Source of the DNA: Candidatus Syntropharchaeum caldarium | Lineage (GTDB): Archaea > Halobacteriota > Syntropharchaeia > Syntropharchaeales > Syntropharchaeaceae | Length of the DNA: 32,000 nucleotides | Reading direction: 5' to 3' | Assembly: GCA_001766815.1 (NCBI GenBank) | Contig: LYOS01000002.1 | Coordinates: 294,577 to 326,576, forward strand | Part shown: piece by piece, positions 21,844 through 30,492 of the stretch | Layout of the letters: every line of letters begins with the position of its first letter | Position numbering within the stretch: position 1 is the stretch's first letter | Made by a program: the position numbers and the translations under genes | The notes under the pieces: generated by a model | What the model saw: the letters and a program-made list of their open reading frames with translations, nothing else | What the model was told of the DNA's origin: nothing | Databases searched by the model: none

Positions 21844-23388
21844 TCAGGAATTTCTGGCTGGTGTCACATCCAGAAAGTAAACATCCCCTTTCCTGACGCC
21901 ATCGAGTATCTCAAGCCCTGAAACCACCCTTCCAATGACGTTTGTCGAGGCTGCAATCTCACCTGTCGGACCAAATACTGGGTCGTCAATGAGCCGTATC
22001 CCGATCGTGCCTTCATGGGGCCTGCTCATGTTTGTAACACCGATCACCCCACGTTCAAACCCCACATCCTCGGCAGGTGTGTTCTCGGGCTTGATCATCA
22101 CACGCCGATCGCCACCCCTGAAGAGTATGAGTGATTCGATTGCACCGGTAACCACGAGTTTTCCAACACGATGATTTCGGTAGAGGCCCGTAACGTCCTT
22201 GAAATAATGAACAGTCTCAGGAGCCTCCTCCTCAAACAACTCCACACGCAGCAGATTATCAGGTGCGATCGCTTCGGTTTCGACCTTTCCCTGCTTAAAT
22301 ATCTCGATAGTCATATCTGGCTGCTGTGAGACGATGATCGCATCATCCGCCTCTTCACCCTTTCTAATATGTGTGATACCGATCTCTTCGAGGAGTTTTT
22401 CTGCTTCATACTGGCTCATACCAACGAGAAATACCTGTACAGGATTTGTATGAACCGCTATCTTATCTCCAAGCCTTGCAACATCAATGAGTTCGATCCC
22501 TGACCTGACCGTGCCAAAGGCGTTCATGTAGTGCTGGGGCATCCTGAGCTTTTTGTAGAAGTAGATCGAGTTTTTCCGATCGCCATCGTTCCTGAGAAAC
22601 GCCATTCCCCGATCTCGGAATGTGCGATTGTTCTCAACACCTATCTCAAATATCGGTGGACTCACCGAGCGAATGTAACTGTTCGAGACCTCATCCACCG
22701 TTAAAAATCCGTTATTATTCCTTAAATATGCCAGGAATGACTCTGCAGAGCAGGGTGCCATCTCTGATAGCTCAAGAGCGATCGATGTATAGATCTCCAT
22801 GCCATCCTCGACGACATCGGTTAAGGAGAGCCTGTCAAGAAGTGACTCAATCGCATATTCGGGTGCAATCTCCTTTATGACATCATCGATCACAAGATCC
22901 TGCAAAATTGTTCTGCCGCCACCTATCACCCGCCCGATCACTGCATCATCTGGATCTGGTGGGAGAAATAGTCGATCCTCGTGTTCAGTGCGTGCAATAC
23001 CGAGATAAGTCTCAGGGTCACCTGAGCCGATTCTAAAAAGGAAAATATCTCCGCGTTTGAGCCTGATTGAAGCTGCCGAGTACTTTGTGTCACTATCCAG
23101 CCTCACGGGTGAGAAGATCACAGCATTTTTTCCAATGATCTCAACCTTTTTTCCGATCCAGGCCTCATATATTGGATGCCATTTTTCCCGCATTCTCGCC
23201 TGGAACTTACCCTTCGTTGTTGTGAATGTGTATTTATCTGTGCGGGCTTCTATCTCTCCTTTACGCTCAACCACAAGCATATCGGGATCAAATATCGGCT
23301 CGAACTTCTCAACAAGCGATTTTACAGTTGTAACTCGATCAAGTTCTTCTTCTGAGATTATAGTACCGTTGAGCTTTATACTACGCAT
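21844..23388 (-). CDS. Probable methanogenesis marker protein 3 (UPF0288 family) with cyclophilin-like C-terminal region
   Basis: 514 aa. Its length and N-terminus (MRSIKLNGTIISEEEL) fit my recollection of the family. There are two cyclophilin-like G-rich blocks (VIGRVIGGGRTILQDL and NVIGRVVSGLEILDGV). The assignment is from memory and unverified. Confidence 0.5.
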   Translation of the reverse strand: MRSIKLNGTIISEEELDRVTTVKSLVEKFEPIFDPDMLVVERKGEIEARTDKYTFTTTKGKFQARMREKWHPIYEAWIGKKVEIIGKNAVIFSPVRLDSDTKYSAASIRLKRGDIFLFRIGSGDPETYLGIARTEHEDRLFLPPDPDDAVIGRVIGGGRTILQDLVIDDVIKEIAPEYAIESLLDRLSLTDVVEDGMEIYTSIALELSEMAPCSAESFLAYLRNNNGFLTVDEVSNSYIRSVSPPIFEIGVENNRTFRDRGMAFLRNDGDRKNSIYFYKKLRMPQHYMNAFGTVRSGIELIDVARLGDKIAVHTNPVQVFLVGMSQYEAEKLLEEIGITHIRKGEEADDAIIVSQQPDMTIEIFKQGKVETEAIAPDNLLRVELFEEEAPETVHYFKDVTGLYRNHRVGKLVVTGAIESLILFRGGDRRVMIKPENTPAEDVGFERGVIGVTNMSRPHEGTIGIRLIDDPVFGPTGEIAASTNVIGRVVSGLEILDGVRKGDVYFLDVTPARNS

Positions 23389-23857
23389 TCCCTTTCACCT
23401 TTGACTCTACCCTGATTTCCTCTATTCGCGTCTCAGGGTAATTTCCAGTTGCATCCTTCTCATTCGACTTCACCATATCCCAGATGGTAAGAAGGGCGGT
23501 GGATACGCCATTGAGTGCATCCATCTCAACACCTGTCTTTCCAACCGATTTTACTGTGGCTGATGCGGTTATATGATCATCTTCAATATCAAATTCAAGA
23601 TCAACATCGGTTATCGGAATCTGATGGCAGAGCGGGATCACATGAGGTGTGTTTTTGACTGCCATAATCCCCGCAATCCGTGCTGTCAGGAGAACATTTC
23701 CTTTCTCAACCTGCCCTTCACGAATTTTTTGGATCGTGGATTCTCTGAGTTTTATCGAACCGACCGCACGGGCAGAGCGTACAGACACTGCTTTATCAGA
23801 GATGTCCACCATCTTTGCACGATCATTCGTGATGTGCGAGAAAGCGTGGGCTGTCAT
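23381..23857 (-). CDS. moaC: Cyclic pyranopterin monophosphate synthase (molybdenum cofactor biosynthesis protein C)
   Basis: 158 aa. It contains MVDISDK, GNVLLTARIAGIMAVKNT, IPLCHQIP and GVEMDALNGVSTALLTIWDM. It overlaps the downstream gene by 8 nt. Confidence 0.92.
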   Translation of the reverse strand: MTAHAFSHITNDRAKMVDISDKAVSVRSARAVGSIKLRESTIQKIREGQVEKGNVLLTARIAGIMAVKNTPHVIPLCHQIPITDVDLEFDIEDDHITASATVKSVGKTGVEMDALNGVSTALLTIWDMVKSNEKDATGNYPETRIEEIRVESKVKGNA

Positions 23858-24315
23858 TTCTCTTTCTTGCCCCCTTTAAGCCTCGAGAACATCGATGAAA
23901 GATGGATCACATAACTACCATCACCCTTGAGGGCAACGATGAGTTCGTCACGCTCGAGCAATGCCTCAATATTAACCTCATAAGAGCCAGGTTCTATTAT
24001 TCTGACAGATTCGAGCCTTGAATCGTGCTCTATAGTTCCATCTTCGATCTTATCGATTATCTCCTCGATATCCTCAGGCGCACACTTCTTTTCGATCAGG
24101 TCTATATCTGCCTCGTGACGCTCTTCTCTTTCAGGGGGTCGCTCGCCTTCACGTATAAATAAGAACCGATTCGATCCGCAATCCGGACAGCCTGCAAGTA
24201 TTGCGTCATCGTTCTTCTCGAATACTCTTCCACACCCGATGCATTTATGTCCCACGCGGTACACCTGCTGTTTCTTACCTATTTTTTGTTGAAATGACCG
24301 CAGAGATAAAGTCAC
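23854..24315 (-). CDS. Archaeal Zn-ribbon protein (DUF2072-like)
   Basis: It contains HKCIGCGRVF...GCPDCGSNRF (4-Cys ribbon). Its stop overlaps the moaC ATG (ATGA). The maximal ORF starts at GTG 24315. GTG 24264 or 24255 (giving M-GHKC...) would avoid a 41-nt overlap and fits homolog N-termini as I recall them. Confidence 0.6.
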   Translation of the reverse strand: MTLSLRSFQQKIGKKQQVYRVGHKCIGCGRVFEKNDDAILAGCPDCGSNRFLFIREGERPPEREERHEADIDLIEKKCAPEDIEEIIDKIEDGTIEHDSRLESVRIIEPGSYEVNIEALLERDELIVALKGDGSYVIHLSSMFSRLKGGKKEK

Positions 24316-24646
24316 GCTCTTTTGAGATTGTTTTAAGCTCGTTTGCAGGTCCTATTATCGTAAGGCGCGGCTCGTGAACGGCGCCTTTTCCAAAAATCTT
24401 TTCCAGCCAGCCACTTTTTTTCTCTGGTGGATAGCTCTCGATCTCGATGCCTGGAAAGTCATCCCTGATCTCGGTCATTGTATACTCAATGAGTGTCGCT
24501 TCCTCAGCAGGGGTAAGCCCACGCTCCAGTATGACGATCGACCCTTCCTGCACCCGATCCAGTATCATCCGTGTCTTCTCGATCGAGGTCATCCCGTTTA
24601 GCATATCATAAGAGATGAGATCAAGTTGAATATCTTTATCTTTCAT
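24275..24646 (-). CDS. Conserved archaeal protein (DUF2073-like)
   Basis: About 123 aa starting MKDKDIQLDLISYDMLNGMTSIEKTRMILDRV. ATG 24646 lies 4 nt behind a GGTGA Shine-Dalgarno sequence that also spans the GTPase stop codon. The family assignment is from memory. Confidence 0.55.
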   Translation of the reverse strand: MKDKDIQLDLISYDMLNGMTSIEKTRMILDRVQEGSIVILERGLTPAEEATLIEYTMTEIRDDFPGIEIESYPPEKKSGWLEKIFGKGAVHEPRLTIIGPANELKTISKERDFISAVISTKNR

Positions 24647-24650
24647 CCAA

Positions 24651-25292
24651 TCACCCAAACCTTTCTGCTATCGCCTCATACATCTCATCAAGGTTCTCCC
24701 CCTCAAGTGCCGATATCGCAACCATGGGATGCTGAGGAAATGCGGTTGCTATACGCTGAGGTGAGGCGCTCGATAGATCGATCTTATTTGCAACAACAAG
24801 CAATGGTAGATTTCTTGCTTCCATATTTCCGATCACAACGACGTTCACCTGCGTAAATGGATCTTCGGTTGAGTCCATCACAAGAAGAACACCGTCAAGA
24901 TCTTCAAGCCACTTGATAGCCTCAATAACACCTTCTGTCGCTTCTTTGGCGCGTTTTTTGGCTTCCTCTTCTTTGAGACCCTGCTTCATAAAGTCATGAA
25001 AATCGATCTTGGTTGCAAGACCTGGTGTATCAACGATATCGAGCTCAACCACCCCACCATTCACACATATTGCAATACCCTCCTTACGCATTGCACGCCG
25101 TGTTTCATGAGGGATATGAGATGTCTCCCCAAATGTCTCCTCGCCGTTTGTCCAGTCCATCAGGATTCGATTTGCAAGCGTGGTCTTGCCTGCATTTGGC
25201 GGTCCATAGATACCGATGCGCGTCCTTCCCTTCTTAAAGAGCTTCTTTATCAGATATGATATGTTACGCCTGAATTTTTTGAATATACCCAT
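24651..25292 (-). CDS. Small GTP-binding protein (TrmE-Era-EngA-like P-loop GTPase)
   Basis: 213 aa. G1 is GPPNAGKT, G3 is DTPG, G4 is NKID and G5 is SAL. A basic amphipathic N-terminal segment, MGIFKKFRRNISYLIKKLFKKGR, precedes the P-loop. Confidence 0.85.
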   Translation of the reverse strand: MGIFKKFRRNISYLIKKLFKKGRTRIGIYGPPNAGKTTLANRILMDWTNGEETFGETSHIPHETRRAMRKEGIAICVNGGVVELDIVDTPGLATKIDFHDFMKQGLKEEEAKKRAKEATEGVIEAIKWLEDLDGVLLVMDSTEDPFTQVNVVVIGNMEARNLPLLVVANKIDLSSASPQRIATAFPQHPMVAISALEGENLDEMYEAIAERFG

Positions 25293-25393
25293 CCCGTCCC
25301 CGCTTTATCTTGATTACTGGTTAAAACTCTCTGATTGTATATAATACTTTTCTTGAAAGAAGGTTGCCAGCTCACAAGGTATCATTTCGCACC

Positions 25394-27508
25394 TCACGGC
25401 AGTCCGATCATTCCGTGCTTGGGGCTGAAAAATGTCCCATCCCGCAGAAGTCCCTCAACAATCTCCTCTGCCCGCTGCCTCTCGATCCCACTGGACTCGG
25501 CACGCTCATAAACCTCCTCGATCGGGCATGCATCACCACCATGTTCCTTTATCAACCCGCGCACGATATCTCGTATGATCTTCGCACGATCTCGACGGGT
25601 TTTTGTTGTTCCAACAGCGATCCAGTCGGCATCAAGCCTGCCTGTCTCAGGATCAACTCCCACCTGCAGAAGACTATCTTTTACGACCTTTATGATACGA
25701 CTCGCATCCTCCTCTGTTACCTCCTCGCTCAACCGCATCCGTGCACACGCTTCACCCAGTCGCACAAGTGCCTCAAGCTGCCTTGCTGTGACGGGAACAG
25801 GCGCATCAGAACCGATACCCTGAGACCGCAGATCCACATAGAATTGTTTGAACTTCTCCTGTGCTTCTGTCGTCATAACAGGGAAGATGTTTCGCCGTGC
25901 GTATGCGATGTACTTTCTGAGAAGATCTGGTGAGATCTGCGGGACGTTCGCCAGGTCATCCTCACTATCGACACCTCTTGCTTTCAGTTCACCAGCGTGA
26001 TGGGATTTGAGGATGTGCTCTGCGATTTTTGTATCGAGCACCTCGTCTGGGTCGTCCGTTAGTGTAAATATGAGATCAAACCGTGATAAAAGCGTGGGCG
26101 ACATCTCAATTTGTACGCTTATCGGCTCATATCGATCAAACCTTCCGTATTTTGGGTTTGCAGCACCAAGAAGTGCACATCTTGATTTCAGCGTTGCTAT
26201 AATACCTGCCTTTGCCACAGAAACTGTTTGTTGCTCCATAGCCTCATGCAGCGCGGATTGGTCTTTCTTATCCATCTTATCTATCTCATCAACCGCAGCA
26301 AGTCCTTTATCAGCCAAAACAAGCGCCCCAGCTTCAAGCGTCCACTTACCATCTCCTAACTCATCCCTCACAGCGGTTGCGGTCAGGCCTGCACTTGTTG
26401 TGCTCTTTCCAGATGTGTAAATACCACGGGGAGCAAGTTTAGCGGCATAGCGCAGGAGTTGTGACTTTGCAATTCCTGGATCACCCACCACAAGCGTATG
26501 AATATCCCCCCTGATTCTCCCACCATCAGGAAGATCTTTTGCAACCCCAGAGAATAGCTGAAGTGCCATCGCCTCTTTAATGTTCTCGTAACCAAATATA
26601 GAAGGTGCTATAGAGGATATTATCTTATCATAGATATCTGGATCGTTTTTTAACTTATTTATCTCCTCTTCATCCTCTTTGGTGATTTTAAGCTCATCAA
26701 ACTCCTGTTCTTCTCTCTCGATCGATATTCCTTCAAGATAGATCTCAAATACTGGTGATCGCACCCCGGTCTTGCTCCGCCGCTGATATGAGCGCAGAAT
26801 ACCGTTGATGATGATGCGATCCCCTGGCATTACCATACCTGTTATATCCTCCTCAACTTCGATATCAAGCGTCTGCGGCTGCTCACCACCACGTAAATTC
26901 TCTGGATACTCCTGTATTCTGATCCTCTGTGCATCGATGTACGCGGACTTATCCTTCAAAAATCTGAATATTTTACCACTGCTCTTGCAGCCCTCATCCT
27001 CCGTGCCTTCACCGCAGGTTCTTGGCTCTCGGAATATAAGCCCCTGCTGTATAACTTTATTGACGACGTGACATTTCATACACTCAAAGTGGGCCACCCT
27101 TACCTTTGGTCGCACATCTGCAACTGTCCGCACCAGCCCTTCAACTGCTATGAATTTGTTGATGTGTTGCCCCCGTATGCTCCTTATCGGGAGTTTTTTT
27201 GGAAGCTTTGTCACCCTGATGTGCGCATCGGGCATTTCCCCACCTGTTGAGAGATCACTCTTTCGAAGCGCCTCCTCTGCTGCGTGCAGGATTTCGGTGG
27301 GGTTCTCAATAAGCTCGTATGCAAGTGAGGGATCAAATCGCTCAATATCCTGAAAATTAACATTGAGGCTCATCTCATCGGGATAATAGACAGATAACCT
27401 CCGTACATCCTCTTCATAATACTTCCTCAAAAACTCCATCCATCGGTCAATACTCGCATCTTCCATACGGCTGAGTATTGTGTTGACCATATTTGTATTT
27501 TGTTTCAC
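25394..27508 (-). CDS. mcm: Replicative helicase MCM
   Basis: 704 aa. It has a C4 zinc motif (CMKCH...CGEGTEDEGC), Walker A GDPGIAKSQ, Walker B DEIDKM, sensor/Arg-finger SRFDL and a C-terminal winged-helix region. The ORF start is GTG 27508; an alternative ATG lies at 27490. Confidence 0.95.
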   Translation of the reverse strand: MKQNTNMVNTILSRMEDASIDRWMEFLRKYYEEDVRRLSVYYPDEMSLNVNFQDIERFDPSLAYELIENPTEILHAAEEALRKSDLSTGGEMPDAHIRVTKLPKKLPIRSIRGQHINKFIAVEGLVRTVADVRPKVRVAHFECMKCHVVNKVIQQGLIFREPRTCGEGTEDEGCKSSGKIFRFLKDKSAYIDAQRIRIQEYPENLRGGEQPQTLDIEVEEDITGMVMPGDRIIINGILRSYQRRSKTGVRSPVFEIYLEGISIEREEQEFDELKITKEDEEEINKLKNDPDIYDKIISSIAPSIFGYENIKEAMALQLFSGVAKDLPDGGRIRGDIHTLVVGDPGIAKSQLLRYAAKLAPRGIYTSGKSTTSAGLTATAVRDELGDGKWTLEAGALVLADKGLAAVDEIDKMDKKDQSALHEAMEQQTVSVAKAGIIATLKSRCALLGAANPKYGRFDRYEPISVQIEMSPTLLSRFDLIFTLTDDPDEVLDTKIAEHILKSHHAGELKARGVDSEDDLANVPQISPDLLRKYIAYARRNIFPVMTTEAQEKFKQFYVDLRSQGIGSDAPVPVTARQLEALVRLGEACARMRLSEEVTEEDASRIIKVVKDSLLQVGVDPETGRLDADWIAVGTTKTRRDRAKIIRDIVRGLIKEHGGDACPIEEVYERAESSGIERQRAEEIVEGLLRDGTFFSPKHGMIGLP

Positions 27509-27557
27509 CCCCTCCTTTCAGAACCTTTAAGTAGATTCAACAGGTAGTTTCATTTAA

Positions 27558-29978
27558 ATGGTAGTCTCAGAGCGCGTAATACCGGTCAGCATAGAAGACG
27601 AGATGAAGCGTTCTTACATTGATTATGCGATGAGCGTCATCATAGGACGGGCGCTACCAGACGTGAGGGATGGCCTGAAGCCGGTTCATCGCAGAATCCT
27701 TTATGCAATGTATGATATGGGGCTTACCTCAGATAAGCCATACAGGAAAACTGCCAGGATCGTCGGTGATGTTCTCGGTAAGTACCATCCTCATGGTGAT
27801 ATCGCAGTCTATGATGCACTGGTCAGGATGGTGCAGGATTTTTCGCTCCGCTATCCGCTCATCGATGGACAGGGGAATTTTGGATCGGTTGATGGTGACA
27901 GCGCTGCTGCGATGCGATACACGGAGGCACGGCTTGCAAAGATCGCTGAACTGATGCTCGTGGATATCAAGAAAGAGACGGTTGATTTTACACCCAACTT
28001 TGATGAAACGCTGCAGGAACCTGTGGTTCTCCCTGCTATGCTTCCAAATTTGCTCATAAACGGATCTTCAGGGATAGCTGTTGGAATGGCGACCAATATG
28101 CCACCTCACAACCTCTCAGAAGTTGTTGATGGAATTTTGATGGTTCTCGAGAATCCAGAGGTTACAACAACTGAAATTATGAAGGCAATTCCTGCACCCG
28201 ACTTTCCCACGGGCGGAATCATAATGGGTGTTGAGGGTGTGAGGAACGCATATGAAACAGGCAGGGGTAGCATCAAAATTCGTGCAAAAGCAGCCATCGA
28301 GAATGGAGGAAAGTACGCAAAGATCATCGTCTCAGAGATTCCATATCAGGTGAACAAATCAAGACTGATCGAGAAGATCGCAGGGCTTACCAGGGATAAA
28401 ACGATCGAAGGAATCAGGGATCTGCGGGATGAGTCAGACAAAAATGGCATGCGCATCATGATCGAGCTTAAGAGTGGTGTAAATCCCAATATCGTCCTCA
28501 ATCAGCTCTACAAACACACTGAGATGGAGGTAGGATATGGCATCATCAATCTGGCAATCGTTGATGGTGTACCAGAGGTGCTTGGGCTTAAGCAGATCAT
28601 ATCACACTATATCGCACACAGGCGAGAAATTATCAGAAGAAGAACCGAGTTTGACCTGAAAAAAGCAAGGAATCGATTTCACATCGTTGAAGGGTTGTTA
28701 ATTGCGCTTTCGGATATAGATCGAGTGATAAAGATTATTAAATCATCCGAGAACGCCGAGCGTGCGAGAGTGACGCTACAGGATCTGCTGAAGCTCTCAG
28801 AAATTCAGGCAAAAGAAATCCTCAATATGCGACTTCAGCGCCTGACTGCGCTTGAACAACAGAAGCTCGAGGATGAGCATAAAGAGCTGACAAAGCAGAT
28901 CGAGCATCTTGAGGGTATACTTGCAGATGAGACCAAGATTACTGCGATCATCGGGGACGAACTGCGGGAACTTAAGACAAACTATGGTGATGAACGAAGA
29001 ACCGAGATAATTCATACCTCAGGCGAGATTGAGATCGAGGACCTGATCGCTGATGAACCGATGATAATAGCGATCACACACGCTGGATATATAAAACGGA
29101 TGCCCACTGACACATTCAGAAGTCAGGGGCGAGGTGGAAAGGGCGTGATCGGGATGGAGACAAAGGAGGAGGACTTTGTCGAGGATATATTCTCGGCGTC
29201 GATGCGCGATTTTCTTCTGTACTTCACAAATCGGGGCCGTGTATTCAGGCTCAAGGTTTATGAGATACCCGCAGGAACCCGCCAGACAAGAGGTAAGCCG
29301 ATTATAAACCTCCTGAATCTTGATCAGGGTGAACGAGTGGTTGCGATCTCGAGAATAGCAGATTTTGACGAGGAACATTATCTCTTCTTTGCAACCAAAT
29401 CTGGAATGGTGAAGAAAACAGTGGCATCTGCGTTTGAGAATGTAACAAAAGCTGGAAAGATAGCGATCGGCCTGAAAACAGGTGATGAGGTCGTTGGTGT
29501 CAAATCCACAGATGGTAGCTCTGAGATCATACTCGGATCACGGTTTGGCAAGGCGGTAAGGTTCTCAGAATCAGATGTTCGACCCATGGGAAGAACAGCG
29601 CGTGGGGTCAGAGGCATCAGGCTTGATGAAGGAGATAGCGTTATAAGCATGGTTATTGTGAACGAGGATGAAACGCTTCTGACAGTGACCACAAATGGAT
29701 ATGGCAAGCGAACCAAATTTGAGGAGTACCCACTTCACAGAAGAGGTGGTAAAGGAGTCATAAACATCATTACGACGAGGCGAAATGGCCTGGTTGCAGG
29801 GATCATCGCGGTTAAAGATGATGATGAGATCATGATAACAACACAGAAGGGGCTTGTAATACGCCAGCGTGTCGATAATATCCGGGTGATCGGCAGGAAC
29901 ACCCAGGGAGTGCGGATCATGCGCCTCGGGAATGGTGACGGAGATCAGGTTGTCGGGGTCGCAAGAATTGTAGACTGA
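27558..29978 (+). CDS. gyrA: DNA gyrase subunit A
   Basis: 806 aa. It contains [32 protein letters not shown], the active-site [10 protein letters not shown], and a C-terminal beta-pinwheel repeat region with a GRGGKGV box. Confidence 0.95.
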   Translation: MVVSERVIPVSIEDEMKRSYIDYAMSVIIGRALPDVRDGLKPVHRRILYAMYDMGLTSDKPYRKTARIVGDVLGKYHPHGDIAVYDALVRMVQDFSLRYPLIDGQGNFGSVDGDSAAAMRYTEARLAKIAELMLVDIKKETVDFTPNFDETLQEPVVLPAMLPNLLINGSSGIAVGMATNMPPHNLSEVVDGILMVLENPEVTTTEIMKAIPAPDFPTGGIIMGVEGVRNAYETGRGSIKIRAKAAIENGGKYAKIIVSEIPYQVNKSRLIEKIAGLTRDKTIEGIRDLRDESDKNGMRIMIELKSGVNPNIVLNQLYKHTEMEVGYGIINLAIVDGVPEVLGLKQIISHYIAHRREIIRRRTEFDLKKARNRFHIVEGLLIALSDIDRVIKIIKSSENAERARVTLQDLLKLSEIQAKEILNMRLQRLTALEQQKLEDEHKELTKQIEHLEGILADETKITAIIGDELRELKTNYGDERRTEIIHTSGEIEIEDLIADEPMIIAITHAGYIKRMPTDTFRSQGRGGKGVIGMETKEEDFVEDIFSASMRDFLLYFTNRGRVFRLKVYEIPAGTRQTRGKPIINLLNLDQGERVVAISRIADFDEEHYLFFATKSGMVKKTVASAFENVTKAGKIAIGLKTGDEVVGVKSTDGSSEIILGSRFGKAVRFSESDVRPMGRTARGVRGIRLDEGDSVISMVIVNEDETLLTVTTNGYGKRTKFEEYPLHRRGGKGVINIITTRRNGLVAGIIAVKDDDEIMITTQKGLVIRQRVDNIRVIGRNTQGVRIMRLGNGDGDQVVGVARIVD

Positions 29979-29990
29979 AAAAACTACAGC

Positions 29991-30491
29991 TCAAAGCGTC
30001 TTTGCACCCCTGACCATTGCAACCTTACCTGTGCGTGCAACCTCTTTTATACCAAAATCAGATAACAATGTGAGCATCGCCTCGATCTTATCTTCATCCC
30101 CTGTGACCTCGATGATCATCGACTCCGGGGCGATATCAACGGTCTTTGCCCTGAATATCTCGACGATCTGAAGTATCTCAGCCCGCTTCTTGGGTGCTGC
30201 ATCAACTTTGATCAGCACAAGCTCCCGCTCGATCGACTCATACGCCGTGATATCCTTGATCGTTATGACATCAATCAATTTATTGAGCTGTTTTGTTATC
30301 TGCTCAAGCTGTCGCTCTCCCCCCTCTCTATCGCTTGTGATAACGATAGTAAGTCGAGAAATATCTGGTTTATCTGTTATCGCCGCATTTATGCTGTCGA
30401 TGTTAAATCCACGCCTCGTAAAAAGTCCTGTGACACGCGCTGCAACACCTGGTGTGTTCTCAACGAGGACGGTGAGCGTATGTTTCACCAT
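29991..30491 (-). CDS. ilvN: Acetolactate synthase small (regulatory) subunit
   Basis: It starts MVKHTLTVLVENTPGVAARVTGLFTRRGFNIDS (ACT domain). ATG 30491 lies 1 nt after the ilvB stop. The longer 242-aa ORF-track model overlaps ilvB and is rejected. Confidence 0.9.
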   Translation of the reverse strand: MVKHTLTVLVENTPGVAARVTGLFTRRGFNIDSINAAITDKPDISRLTIVITSDREGGERQLEQITKQLNKLIDVITIKDITAYESIERELVLIKVDAAPKKRAEILQIVEIFRAKTVDIAPESMIIEVTGDEDKIEAMLTLLSDFGIKEVARTGKVAMVRGAKTL

Positions 30492-30492
30492 C

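Noticed and set aside
25364-25933. 189-aa plus-strand ORF, together with 25575-25823 and 26007-26420
   Set aside because: They are antisense shadow ORFs inside the strongly supported mcm gene, with no recognizable motifs.
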